Notes: a model not told the origin generated them from the letters alone. A stretch of 64,000 nucleotides of DNA from a virus (IMGVR_UViG_3300020414_000008:116770-180769); one strand, 5' to 3'. Counted from the first letter of the stretch, positions 1 to 9,020 are shown. Numbers and translations: made by a program.

Positions 1-461
1 AAACAGTTACAAAGATTAAAAGTCTGTTGAAACAGGCTCAAGACCTCGCTCAAGATGAGTTGGGACTTGAAAACATTTTCTACAATGAACGATTTGTCGA
101 ACTTATGATTGCAAATGAATTGGGTCATGAGTACGGTAACAACACACAGGGTGGTGACGCATGGGACCCTGTCAAAAAGAAACCTGTCGAGTATAAAGCA
201 ATAAACTTGAGGAGTAAAGGTAAAGGTACATTTCAGTTTCATTGGTTATCAGAGAACAAGATTAACCAATATAGTCAAACTGAAGATATGTACTTTTGTA
301 TTAGGGATGGTGTTCAAATCAAAGAGATATACAGAGTACCAACCAAAACAGTTATACCTTACCTAAAGGAAAAGTCAACAGGTGGTAAGAGTATCCACGG
401 ACATTGGGGTACTAACAAAGATAAATTAATTAATGAGTTGAACGCAACTAAAGTTATATGA
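1..461 (+). CDS. PvuII-like restriction endonuclease (probably 5'-truncated by window edge)
   Basis: Frame is open from the window start. QDLA..LGLENIF, GGDAWD..VEYKAIN, IKEIYRV and the C-terminal TKVI are co-linear with PvuII as recalled (QDLALKHGINDIF, GNDAVD..YELKSIN, IEAIYRL, GTKIY). Confidence 0.7.
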   Translation, partial: TVTKIKSLLKQAQDLAQDELGLENIFYNERFVELMIANELGHEYGNNTQGGDAWDPVKKKPVEYKAINLRSKGKGTFQFHWLSENKINQYSQTEDMYFCIRDGVQIKEIYRVPTKTVIPYLKEKSTGGKSIHGHWGTNKDKLINELNATKVI

Positions 462-595
462 TAAAGGTAGTAATAGGAACATTAGTCGTTATATGGTTGT
501 GGATTGTATATGAAATGCATATCGCACCCGAGGTTGATGAACACGGTAATAGAATACCCGATGACAAAAAGAGAAAAGGTAAAACTCGTAAATAG
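458..595 (+). CDS. small membrane protein
   Basis: ATGA overlap with the previous stop; MIKVVIGTLVVIWLWIVYEMH TM segment, basic tail; below the ORF-track cutoff. Confidence 0.55.
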   Translation: MIKVVIGTLVVIWLWIVYEMHIAPEVDEHGNRIPDDKKRKGKTRK

Positions 596-1106
596 GTTAC
601 GGAAAACAAAAAGGAACTTTAAAGAAAGTTCTGACTTCCAAGAATTCTTAATAGATTGTTATCTATTTCTTGGTCCATCTGCATACGGTAGTCGTATTGA
701 GAAAAGGTGGATAAAAGAAATGGGTTACAAAAAAATGTCTACATATAATCGTGGAGATTATATGGATGGTGACGAGTATGTGGAGTTCAAAGCATCGTAT
801 GAATCATTCGATAGATATACATTCTTACACATAAGACCACATGAAGATGTTGACAGGTATGACCTATTTACAGTAGATAAAAAATTTAAACACAACGTAT
901 ATAGTATACCAAAAGAAAAAATAGGAGACTTCATTTACAACAAAAAATTATTGAGTGGTGTTTGTAATGGAACTTCTGAAGCAAACGAAAACAATCAAAC
1001 GGTTGAATACAGGTTCACTATCAAGAAAAACCAATTGGAATTGTTGGAACCCTATTTAACTACAGGAAAAAAAATGAAAAAAACATACGAAAAGTTTTGG
1101 AAATAA
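561..1106 (+). CDS. putative PD-(D/E)xK endonuclease
   Basis: GSRIE helix followed by RGD..YVEFKAS catalytic-type motif; ATG 561 preferred over TTG 504. Confidence 0.5.
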   Translation: MTKREKVKLVNRLRKTKRNFKESSDFQEFLIDCYLFLGPSAYGSRIEKRWIKEMGYKKMSTYNRGDYMDGDEYVEFKASYESFDRYTFLHIRPHEDVDRYDLFTVDKKFKHNVYSIPKEKIGDFIYNKKLLSGVCNGTSEANENNQTVEYRFTIKKNQLELLEPYLTTGKKMKKTYEKFWK

Positions 1107-1127
1107 CAAATAAATTTCGTATATTAT
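1096..1127 (+). promoter_or_regulatory. host-RNAP-type promoter (TTTGG-N19-TATATTAT)
   Basis: One of about 11 copies with 24-nt start-to-start spacing; resembles the Bacteroidota -33 TTTG / -7 TAnnTTTG promoter. Confidence 0.6.
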
Positions 1128-1143
1128 GTCTAAACAATTAAAT

Positions 1144-1302
1144 ATGAAAGACGTGCTAATACACTTATTGACTGCTGTTAAACTTGATTTTAAACGTAGG
1201 TGTGAACAAAACACCGATGAAGAATCACGAGATACATACGGTAAGTGGCACGGAATCATTGAAGATATGATTAACACAATAGAATCAGGTGGAGTAAAAT
1301 GA
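1144..1302 (+). CDS. hypothetical protein (52 aa)
   Basis: ORF downstream of the promoter; ATGA overlap with thyA. Confidence 0.55.
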   Translation: MKDVLIHLLTAVKLDFKRRCEQNTDEESRDTYGKWHGIIEDMINTIESGGVK

Positions 1303-2096
1303 ATAGAGTAGATAGTCAATACCAAGATATCATTCACAACATTTTAGAGTTCGGTGAAGAACGTCAGGACCGAACAGGTACAGGAACGTTATCGTTTTTT
1401 GGTGGTTCCTTCAGACATTGTATGTGTGATGGGTTCCCTGTACTTACCACTAAGAAGATGCCTTTGAAAACTGTTGCTACAGAACTCAAATGGTTTCTGA
1501 AAGGTCGTACCGATATCCAATACTTGTGGGATAATAACTGTCATATATGGGATGGTGACTACAAGAAGAGTGGAAGGACCGATGGAGAACTTGGACCAAT
1601 CTATGGAAAACAATGGAGAGATTGGAACGGTATAGACCAACTGACAGAGTTATTATATACGTTAAAAGAAAACCCACATGGAAGGCGACATCTTGTCAAC
1701 GCTTGGAATGTAGAGGACCTACATCTTATGACACTACCACCTTGTCATTACGGATTCCAATGTTACGTTAGTAACGACAACAAGTTATCTCTCTTATGGA
1801 ACCAAAGAAGCGTTGATGCTTTCCTTGGGTTACCTTTTAACATTTCTTCTTATGGTATGTTATTGATGATACTATGTAAAGAAACAGGATATGAGCCAGG
1901 TAATCTGATTGGTAACTTCGGTGATGTACACCTGTACAAGAACCACTTACCACAAGCAAAAGAAATCGTAAAACGAGTTGGATATGAATTACCTACTATG
2001 GATATCACAAGTTCAGATATCCTCAACGGTGAGTTTGAATTCAAACTAAATAATTATCAATCACACAAAACACTAAAAGCAAAATTAAGTAACTAA
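1299..2096 (+). CDS. thyA: thymidylate synthase
   Basis: DRTGTGT, ELKWFLKG, LGPIYGKQWR, LPPCH, QRSVD..LGLPFNI, GDVHLY motifs. Confidence 0.97.
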   Translation: MNRVDSQYQDIIHNILEFGEERQDRTGTGTLSFFGGSFRHCMCDGFPVLTTKKMPLKTVATELKWFLKGRTDIQYLWDNNCHIWDGDYKKSGRTDGELGPIYGKQWRDWNGIDQLTELLYTLKENPHGRRHLVNAWNVEDLHLMTLPPCHYGFQCYVSNDNKLSLLWNQRSVDAFLGLPFNISSYGMLLMILCKETGYEPGNLIGNFGDVHLYKNHLPQAKEIVKRVGYELPTMDITSSDILNGEFEFKLNNYQSHKTLKAKLSN

Positions 2097-2097
2097 T

Positions 2098-2316
2098 ATG
2101 GATTTAGATAAAATGTTACCACAAGAGAATCAAGAGATGGATGTAAACTATACTCTTGATTTTACAGATGGAGTTTCCCAATACCTAAAAGGGAACAAAA
2201 GATTAGAAGGTGAATCTTATAGTGACTATAGGATTCGACTCAAGAACGAGAAGAAGATTTTAAAATTGTACCTAAGGGGAAGACCTGTACAAGAAGAACC
2301 TAATTACGATTATTAA
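2098..2316 (+). CDS. hypothetical protein
   Basis: Tightly packed ORF; RLEGESYSDYRIR motif. Confidence 0.6.
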   Translation: MDLDKMLPQENQEMDVNYTLDFTDGVSQYLKGNKRLEGESYSDYRIRLKNEKKILKLYLRGRPVQEEPNYDY

Positions 2317-2317
2317 T

Positions 2318-2476
2318 ATGATACACAGAGCACCGATGACAGAAGAAGATATGAAATACAGACAGGGTCGTAGTAAACGACAATACAACAATAGTTACTT
2401 CGGAATAAAAGCATCCGCAGTACTACTTGGAATTACCCTGTTAGGTTATTTACTTTTTAAATACTTTGAATCATGA
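2318..2476 (+). CDS. small membrane protein
   Basis: 52 aa, YRQGRSKRQ then a C-terminal TM segment; fills the gap with ATGA coupling. Confidence 0.55.
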   Translation: MIHRAPMTEEDMKYRQGRSKRQYNNSYFGIKASAVLLGITLLGYLLFKYFES

Positions 2477-2652
2477 GTATATCAAACGAAGAACACATTG
2501 AAGAAATCTTATACGAAGCACACGCTTACGGATTCAGAGAAGAGTTGTTTAAGTTAGTAAAGGATTACGAAATGGAATATCCAAAGATGAGTCAGTTGGA
2601 TAGATATCAAAAAGGTTATGAAAAATTAATTACAAAATATAATGAACTATGA
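2473..2652 (+). CDS. hypothetical protein (59 aa)
   Basis: ATGA-coupled on both sides. Confidence 0.55.
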   Translation: MSISNEEHIEEILYEAHAYGFREELFKLVKDYEMEYPKMSQLDRYQKGYEKLITKYNEL

Positions 2653-2846
2653 AAACAATTAAATTATTTTGGGACACATATTACCCAATCATTTTAGCAT
2701 TCGTATCATTCCTTTATTCAGTATCACTATGGTTTAGTGGTCAGAAGTTAGAAGGAATTTTTGTTGGTATATGGGTACCATCTATCCTAGCGTTCTCAAT
2801 CGCTATAAGACAAAGGAGAAACGATTTATTAAAAAATAAGAAATGA
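2649..2846 (+). CDS. small two-TM membrane protein
   Basis: Two hydrophobic segments; SVSLWFSG..EGIFVGIWVPSIL. Confidence 0.65.
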   Translation: MKTIKLFWDTYYPIILAFVSFLYSVSLWFSGQKLEGIFVGIWVPSILAFSIAIRQRRNDLLKNKK

Positions 2847-3055
2847 GTTCACCAGCACCATTAGGAATGTTCATCATAGGATTCATAATCTTCGCACTTT
2901 ATATGTGGGGATTGTTGACTATGATATACAGGGGACATAAACAACAAAGAGAGGAGTTTAAGAATGACCCTGAGATACAAGAGTATTATAGAAAGTTAGA
3001 AGTTAAAGACCGAAGAAAGAAAAGAGTTAAAAAAAATGAAAGACAAAAAGTATAA
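2843..3055 (+). CDS. small single-TM protein
   Basis: N-terminal TM segment, basic tail. Confidence 0.6.
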   Translation: MSSPAPLGMFIIGFIIFALYMWGLLTMIYRGHKQQREEFKNDPEIQEYYRKLEVKDRRKKRVKKNERQKV

Positions 3056-3506
3056 AGTTATGTTAGTCAGTGGTGGGTTTGACCCTGTCCACAAAGGTCA
3101 CCTCGAGATGATTGAAAAAGCACAAGAGATGGCAGAAGAAGTTTGGGTAATCCTTAATAATGATTTTTGGTTAAAACAAAAGAAAGGTAAACCCTTTATG
3201 AAAGAAAGAGAAAGGGAATATATCATGTCCCGTGTTAAGGGTGTAACAAAAACATTTGTATGTAACCCAAGAAGTGCAACTGATAAAACAGTTTGTGATG
3301 GAATCTATTCTGCTGTTAACACATTCCGTAGAGAGTATGATGAACCACTATCTATGGCTTTCGGTAACGGTGGTGATAGAGGTAAAGGAAATATTCCTGA
3401 GGAAGACTATTGTAATTCTATGGGAGTAGATATGGTATGGGGATTAGGTGACAAAGTACAATCGTCAAGTTGGTTAATCGAAAAAGCGTTAAATAGTGCA
3501 GTATAA
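3036..3506 (+). CDS. HxGH cytidylyltransferase-family protein (TagD/RfaE-II-like)
   Basis: SGGFDPVHKGH, NGGDR, KVQSSSW motifs. Confidence 0.85.
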   Translation: MKDKKYKVMLVSGGFDPVHKGHLEMIEKAQEMAEEVWVILNNDFWLKQKKGKPFMKEREREYIMSRVKGVTKTFVCNPRSATDKTVCDGIYSAVNTFRREYDEPLSMAFGNGGDRGKGNIPEEDYCNSMGVDMVWGLGDKVQSSSWLIEKALNSAV

Positions 3507-3654
3507 GGAACAAGAACATATCGTAAAGAATCTCAAACAGATTGCAGAACTGTGTGAGTCGGATTGTCCTATGATGGCAGCTGAGAGATTGAAATGGTTA
3601 ATCGATGAGATAGAATTAAGACCACTAATAAAACCTTGGTGGAAATTTTGGTAA
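3496..3654 (+). CDS. small protein ending KPWWKFW
   Basis: GTG start, 52 aa, fills the gap; aromatic/basic C-terminal motif. Confidence 0.55.
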   Translation: MQYKEQEHIVKNLKQIAELCESDCPMMAAERLKWLIDEIELRPLIKPWWKFW

Positions 3655-3655
3655 T

Positions 3656-4228
3656 ATGAAAACGTTTATAGAAATAGGTTCGTGTGATTTCAATACATTG
3701 AATCACTTACACTATGATGGATGGAGAGGAGTAATAGTAGAACCTGTTATTGAGTACTTAGATAATTTAGAGAAACATCCAAGTATTAACTATGTAAACG
3801 CCGCAGTAGATACACAAGATGGTGAACGTGAGTTGTGGATGTGTCCACAAGAATATCAAAAGGTGAGTAGAGATTATAGAGGGATGTCTTCTTTTCATAG
3901 AGACATTCATCACGGTAGTGTGGTAGGAGAGCAAGTATTGAATGACAAAGGTAAACCTGTTCATACGGAATCACGAAGTGTGAAGACAATAACATGGAAT
4001 ACGTTAGTAGAAACATTTAATATAAATGAAGTAGACTATTTAAAGATAGATACGGAAGGACACGATTGGGAGATACTAAAGAGTATTGACCTAAACAAGA
4101 TTAAACCAAAAGTAATTAAGATAGAACATAAACATAGTGGTAAGTGGAGAGAGATTAATACTTACTTGATGGAGCACGGATATCACACCGAGACGTTCTA
4201 TTATGATATAATGGGATTTGTAAAATGA
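3656..4228 (+). CDS. FkbM-family SAM methyltransferase
   Basis: FIEIGS, GWRGVIVEP, YLKIDTEGHDWEIL. Confidence 0.88.
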   Translation: MKTFIEIGSCDFNTLNHLHYDGWRGVIVEPVIEYLDNLEKHPSINYVNAAVDTQDGERELWMCPQEYQKVSRDYRGMSSFHRDIHHGSVVGEQVLNDKGKPVHTESRSVKTITWNTLVETFNINEVDYLKIDTEGHDWEILKSIDLNKIKPKVIKIEHKHSGKWREINTYLMEHGYHTETFYYDIMGFVK

Positions 4229-4518
4229 AAGACACAAATTTTGCGGACATGAATTATTTCTACGGAGTCATCCAATTCATCAGGGGGGAACAAGTAGAAG
4301 AACGACCCTTCAAAGTATCAGACGATAATCTACGGTCATACTACTTAGACTATCCTAAGGTATACAGTAATGAGACTAAGTTCCATAGGTTAGAAGAAAA
4401 AGAATTAAGTGAAATAATTAAAGAGTGGTTCGTTAACTCTCAGGATTGTCCACCCGATATGTGGGACAGAGAAAGAATAGAGTTCATGACACACTCAGAG
4501 TATAAGAACAAACTATGA
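4225..4518 (+). CDS. hypothetical protein
   Basis: ATGA-coupled ORF. Confidence 0.6.
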   Translation: MKDTNFADMNYFYGVIQFIRGEQVEERPFKVSDDNLRSYYLDYPKVYSNETKFHRLEEKELSEIIKEWFVNSQDCPPDMWDRERIEFMTHSEYKNKL

Positions 4519-4733
4519 CAGTATTTCAATATATATCATTATACATTATGTTAGGTTGTGTAAACAATCTAATCATTATGTTAATACTTGACTATGTAGA
4601 TAGGAAGGGTGGGTTGACGGAAAGGTTTCACCCCACAACCGAACAAGTTGTTTGGGGATTGATTCTCTGGCCCGTAACGGGTTGGATATTTTGGTCCGAG
4701 TTTTTCAAGACATGGTGGAAGAATAACCAATGA
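4515..4733 (+). CDS. small membrane protein
   Basis: Two hydrophobic segments, LILWP motif. Confidence 0.6.
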   Translation: MTVFQYISLYIMLGCVNNLIIMLILDYVDRKGGLTERFHPTTEQVVWGLILWPVTGWIFWSEFFKTWWKNNQ

Positions 4734-4805
4734 TAAGCAGTAAGCAAATAAGCAGTAAGAAACGCAAGTTTCTAAACACACACGAAATTTTTTTAAATTA
4801 CACAT

Positions 4806-5129
4806 ATGAAATATAAAAAACTGAATAAGAAACGCGCCCTCGAAAAGATAGGTGGAACGTCCCTGAAGGATAGATTAAATGGATGGTCTTACAAACAATT
4901 AGTTCAAGCGTTTGGTGACCCAACATTTCCCGAAACTAATGGTGATGGGAAGATTAATAAAGAATGGGTGTTCGAAAGAAACGATGGTGAGATATTCACC
5001 GTGTACGATTGGAAGAAGGGTGATAGTGATTTCACCACGAACTTTAATACTACTTGGAACATTGGTAGTAAAGTATACGCGGGTGAATTTGTCACTGAGA
5101 TGATAACCCAATTAAAGAAAAAGAATTAA
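4806..5129 (+). CDS. phage hypothetical protein
   Basis: GTSL..SYKQLVQAFGDP..DGKINKEW..FTVYDWK pattern of the kind seen in T4-like phages. Confidence 0.7.
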   Translation: MKYKKLNKKRALEKIGGTSLKDRLNGWSYKQLVQAFGDPTFPETNGDGKINKEWVFERNDGEIFTVYDWKKGDSDFTTNFNTTWNIGSKVYAGEFVTEMITQLKKKN

Positions 5130-5296
5130 TGAATAGATTAACAAAACACATTGAAGAATGGATTGAAGGTAAATCATACGAAGACTTAGTTAATGAGTTA
5201 GTAGATTTAAAAGTTCACGGAGAGAATACTCAAGAGAACAAACTTTGGATTCAAAAGATTCAACAACGACTATCTGATATATCAAGTAGTGACTAA
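5129..5296 (+). CDS. hypothetical protein (55 aa)
   Basis: TAATG coupling; fills the gap. Confidence 0.55.
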   Translation: MNRLTKHIEEWIEGKSYEDLVNELVDLKVHGENTQENKLWIQKIQQRLSDISSSD

Positions 5297-6764
5297 AAAG
5301 ATAAACAAAATATTTGTACTATCCGTAAAAGGAAACTACAATGATATTGGAAATCGATTAGACGAATTAGACCTATCTTACGAGGTACCCTATGAAGTTG
5401 TCGATGGTATCATTGGTAGAGAAACCGATATGGAATACTCCGAGTACCCATGGACATTAACTGAAATGAATCCATGGAACGAGTGGTGGGAACGTCCAAT
5501 GTTAGATGGTGAAGTTGGATGTGCATTAGGTCACTACAATATGTGGAAACAGGCGTATGAAGAGGGACATGAAGTATGTATGTTCTTAGAAGAAGACTTC
5601 AAAGGTGTCAAGTCACTATTCGACCTCGGTATGATTCCCAACGATATTGATGGTTTATATTTAGGTAGAAGACGAGTACCAAATCACGAATGGTTATATG
5701 ATGGACCTGAACAAAACTATAACGACAATTGGGTACATCCACAATACAGTTACAACGCTCACGCATACATACTAACAAGAGAAGGATTAAGAAAACTATT
5801 GTATGATTATGATTTCATAAACAATCTAATGCCACTCGATGAGTTTTTGATATCAACAATAAATCTACATCCACGAAAAGATATCAGGGAGTTTATCAAA
5901 CCAACACTAAAGTTTATTGCTCCACCAACCAATGAAGACAATTGGATAAACCAAACATCCGTTGATATCGAATCGGGTAATGAATATGGTACCTCACTAA
6001 CTGAGGATATAACACGATTAGAACGAAGTATTAAATTTGATATGGTTTATGTCATTACATTAGATACAAGTAACGAGAACGTAGAAAGATTAATCAACAG
6101 AGTAAAAGAATTAGGTTTACCAAATGATGTTCCAATAAGAATATGGAGAGGGACAAATGGTAAGGAAGAGTTTGATACGATTGAAAAGAGAGAACAAATG
6201 GGTATCAAGTTCTATGATGATTGGAAGATAGAAAGTGGTAACAATTGGTGGACAAGACCTGTAACTGTTGGTGAAGCAGGTGGTGTACATTCTCATATTA
6301 GAATATGGGAAGACGTAGTTGAAAGAGAATATAATAACGTATTAATATTAGAAGATGATTTTAATCCAACACAAAGGTTTCATTGGAATACCTTTGATGA
6401 ATTAAAAGATTACGATTGGGATTTAGTATTCCTATCAAGACTTTTGATTGAAGGAAAGGATACTAATGTAGGATTAGAGAATTGGGTCAAACCAAGTTAT
6501 TCATATCAAACCCATTGTTATGTTTTAAACTATGAAGGAGCAAAGAAATTAGTAGAAACAAATGTACCAACACTAAAACAAAATATAATAGTATCAGATG
6601 AGTTCTTACCTGCCACATACACAACTCATCCAAGAGAAGACATTAGGAAAATGTTTATTCAAAACATGAATGTCTTAGCTCTTAAATCAAACCCTGTTAT
6701 CCAAGACAGGTATGAAGCGGCAAACAATTCACAGACATCCCCAATCGAGGGAATAGATTTCTAA
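5289..6764 (+). CDS. tandem two-domain GT25 glycosyltransferase
   Basis: Two copies of GE(V/A)G..(G/S)H..W, (F/I)LE(E/D)DF, SY..H.Y.L..EG..KL and DEFL. Confidence 0.85.
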   Translation: MTKKINKIFVLSVKGNYNDIGNRLDELDLSYEVPYEVVDGIIGRETDMEYSEYPWTLTEMNPWNEWWERPMLDGEVGCALGHYNMWKQAYEEGHEVCMFLEEDFKGVKSLFDLGMIPNDIDGLYLGRRRVPNHEWLYDGPEQNYNDNWVHPQYSYNAHAYILTREGLRKLLYDYDFINNLMPLDEFLISTINLHPRKDIREFIKPTLKFIAPPTNEDNWINQTSVDIESGNEYGTSLTEDITRLERSIKFDMVYVITLDTSNENVERLINRVKELGLPNDVPIRIWRGTNGKEEFDTIEKREQMGIKFYDDWKIESGNNWWTRPVTVGEAGGVHSHIRIWEDVVEREYNNVLILEDDFNPTQRFHWNTFDELKDYDWDLVFLSRLLIEGKDTNVGLENWVKPSYSYQTHCYVLNYEGAKKLVETNVPTLKQNIIVSDEFLPATYTTHPREDIRKMFIQNMNVLALKSNPVIQDRYEAANNSQTSPIEGIDF

Positions 6765-6769
6765 GGAAT

Positions 6770-6843
6770 GGACCCGTAGCTCAGTTGGATAGAGCATCTG
6801 CCTTCTAAGCAGACGGTCACAGGTTCGAATCCTGTCGGGTTCA
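6770..6843 (+). tRNA. tRNA-Arg(TCT)
   Basis: Cloverleaf; anticodon arm TCTGC-CTTCTAA-GCAGA; GTTCGAATC T-loop; no encoded CCA. Confidence 0.95.
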
Positions 6844-6865
6844 CAATTTATTAAATATATTTTAA

Positions 6866-6873
6866 TATTTATA
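6866..6873 (+). promoter_or_regulatory. putative phage late-promoter motif TATTTATA
   Basis: TATTTAT recurs in intergenic DNA before gene starts (11152, 17491, 21111, 26705, 37235, 45563, 57685, 62353, 63409). Confidence 0.55.
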
Positions 6874-6902
6874 TAATAGTTAACTAAATAAAAACAATTG
6901 TT

Positions 6903-7172
6903 ATGAGTAAAGTTTCAAGAAGATTATACCAAGCCGTAGAGGCAAAGTATACAGCAGATATCATGGACGCAAAAGCAAGACTATCAGTCTACTTTGAGAA
7001 TCCTGTAGCTATTGGGGAACACCCACAACACACAGAAGAAATCGACAAACTTATCGGACAACTTGAAAGTGCAACAGGAAAGTTAGAAACACTTTCTGAG
7101 TACTTTGGAAAAGAATACGGTCACGATATCCCTGTATCTGAATCAGACGAAAAAGAAATCTTAAAAGGATAA
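6903..7172 (+). CDS. T4-like phage hypothetical protein
   Basis: Helical protein with YFENPVAIGEHP motif. Confidence 0.7.
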   Translation: MSKVSRRLYQAVEAKYTADIMDAKARLSVYFENPVAIGEHPQHTEEIDKLIGQLESATGKLETLSEYFGKEYGHDIPVSESDEKEILKG

Positions 7173-7179
7173 ATTCGTA

Positions 7180-7253
7180 GGGGATATAGCTCAGATGGCT
7201 AGAGCACTACGCTTGCACCGTAGGGGTCGTGAGTTCGAGTCTCACTATCTCCA
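7180..7253 (+). tRNA. tRNA-Ala(TGC)
   Basis: Anticodon arm CTACG-CTTGCAC-CGTAG; G3:U70 alanine identity pair; no encoded CCA. Confidence 0.95.
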
Positions 7254-7331
7254 CTATGTTTGTTTGTTTTTGTACATACTTATTATTGATATAAGTGTCT
7301 ATATAAAAACGTTTTAAAAGGAGAAAGTATT

Positions 7332-7961
7332 ATGTCAATCGCAAATCAATTTAAAGGACTACCAATCGAAGAACTAATCGTTGGTCCACTAACAGGTGTG
7401 GCAAAAGGTCAGGCGCAACTAAATGATATTACTTGGAAGTACATCTCTGAGGTTGCATTTGAGCCACCTTCAGGAAGTAGTACCCATCGTAAATCAAGAA
7501 AAATCGATGTTGAACTAAACAGGTATATAAAGGACTCGGAAACAGGTGAATTAAAGTTACAACAAATTCAATCTATGATTCCTATGTTACCGTTAGTACC
7601 ACTACCAACATTAGCAGTTACATCTGCAGATGTTGATTTTACTATGGAAGTTCATGAATCAACCTTGTCTAAGAATACAAGTGATTCATCATTCGAAACA
7701 TCAGTTCAGGCTTCAGGTGGATTTTGGGGAGTTAAGTTTAAAGCCTCTATGACAGGTAAAGTAGCAACTCATAAAGAGAATACAAGAAAAACTGACAACT
7801 CAGCTAAGTACAATGTTAAAGTACACGCAGAACAACTACCACAAACTGAAGGTATGGGTAAACTAAACGATATGTTACACATGATGATGGAACCAACTGT
7901 AGTAGGTATGGAAGACCCAACAACAGGAGTAGCGACACCATCAACAGGTTCAGCAGGATAG
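7332..7961 (+). CDS. DUF2589-family protein
   Basis: QFKGLPIEELIVGPL..AQL N-terminus, PMLPLVPLPTLAV..VDFTMEV, TRKTDNSAKYNV. Confidence 0.75.
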   Translation: MSIANQFKGLPIEELIVGPLTGVAKGQAQLNDITWKYISEVAFEPPSGSSTHRKSRKIDVELNRYIKDSETGELKLQQIQSMIPMLPLVPLPTLAVTSADVDFTMEVHESTLSKNTSDSSFETSVQASGGFWGVKFKASMTGKVATHKENTRKTDNSAKYNVKVHAEQLPQTEGMGKLNDMLHMMMEPTVVGMEDPTTGVATPSTGSAG

Positions 7962-7972
7962 TCCATAACTAA

Positions 7973-8004
7973 TTTGGAAAATTGAAATATTTTTTGTATA
8001 TTAG
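7973..8004 (+). promoter_or_regulatory. host-RNAP-type promoter (TTTGG-N19-TATATTAG)
   Basis: Same consensus and spacing as the other copies. Confidence 0.65.
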
Positions 8005-8036
8005 TAAGAAGTAAAAAAATAAGTTATAGTTAAAGC

Positions 8037-8546
8037 ATGGCTAAGGTTAATTTAGAAGAACTACTTGGTGGTCTACAAGAGGCCTCACAAGTAGTTCTTT
8101 CTATACAAGAAAGACAACACATCAATACCATCTCAAAGTATTTTGATAAAGATGGTACACCAATCACTCAAAAGTTTAGAATCGGTGACAGGGATATAGA
8201 GATACCACTCTACATTCTTGCGGACCATTCATCTGTTGGGTTAGATAAGTTGGATATTGAGTTCCAAGCAAGACTATTGCCAGGAAATACAACTAAACCA
8301 TCAGCACTCAAAAAGAATTTATTACCTATCTTTCAAAGACAAAAACAAAAAGGTAATGACAAGTACAAACATCAGATTAGTAATATCTCAGTTGATGGTA
8401 ACAGTCCTGACAAGGAAGGTGTTGCTAAAATCAGTATACATTTTAAGAAAGATAATAAACCCGAGGCGGTTTCTCGATTAGTAGATATGTTAATAGCGAA
8501 AATGGATGACCCGACTCATAAAGTTATAGAGAATGGCGATTCCTGA
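8037..8546 (+). CDS. DUF2589-family protein (second type)
   Basis: LEELLGGLQEA, IEIPLYILADHSSVGLDKLDIEF, PEAVSRL. Confidence 0.65.
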   Translation: MAKVNLEELLGGLQEASQVVLSIQERQHINTISKYFDKDGTPITQKFRIGDRDIEIPLYILADHSSVGLDKLDIEFQARLLPGNTTKPSALKKNLLPIFQRQKQKGNDKYKHQISNISVDGNSPDKEGVAKISIHFKKDNKPEAVSRLVDMLIAKMDDPTHKVIENGDS

Positions 8547-8814
8547 GTTAGAATTACCAAATAGTAAGAAAGGGAAACCTATGGAAAAAGAGCAAGATAC
8601 TACTAACACAAAGGTAAGTAGTAACGGTAAACAAAGATTACGAATTAGTATGTTTGTAATCTCATGTTTTGCTTTTACATTGGTTTGGATATTCTTATCA
8701 ATGCACTTTGACAAAGGTCTTAACGCAGAATGGAAAGAACTTCTATTATTGTTGTTAGGTGCATTAATCGGAAACTTCAACCAAGTAATTAATTATTGGT
8801 TCAAAGATAAGTAG
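8533..8814 (+). CDS. two-TM membrane protein
   Basis: Two hydrophobic helices; EWKELLLLLLGALIGNF..YWF. Confidence 0.7.
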   Translation: MAIPELELPNSKKGKPMEKEQDTTNTKVSSNGKQRLRISMFVISCFAFTLVWIFLSMHFDKGLNAEWKELLLLLLGALIGNFNQVINYWFKDK

Positions 8815-8815
8815 T

Positions 8816-9019
8816 ATGCCTTTACCATGTCCGAGTTGTACTACACCGTTAGATTTAACTTTAGAATTTATTCTAAAGAATCCTGTATCGGTTTGTCCAC
8901 ATTGTCAAACTGTAATGAACTTCAATGTAGATAAAAGTATACAGAAAGAGTATAATCAGGCGTTACAAAACATAGAGGACGTGAAAAAGAAATACAGTAA
9001 GATAGCTAAGTTTAAATAA
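8816..9019 (+). CDS. zinc-ribbon protein
   Basis: CPSC..CPHC. Confidence 0.7.
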   Translation: MPLPCPSCTTPLDLTLEFILKNPVSVCPHCQTVMNFNVDKSIQKEYNQALQNIEDVKKKYSKIAKFK

Positions 9020-9020
9020 T

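Noticed and set aside
504-560. TTG start at 504 for the second nuclease
   Set aside because: It overlaps the small membrane ORF 458-595; ATG 561 gives more plausible packing.
1299-2096. Intron or intein in thyA (also checked primase and Mre11-Rad50)
   Set aside because: Normal lengths and continuous motifs; no homing endonuclease or splicing motifs.
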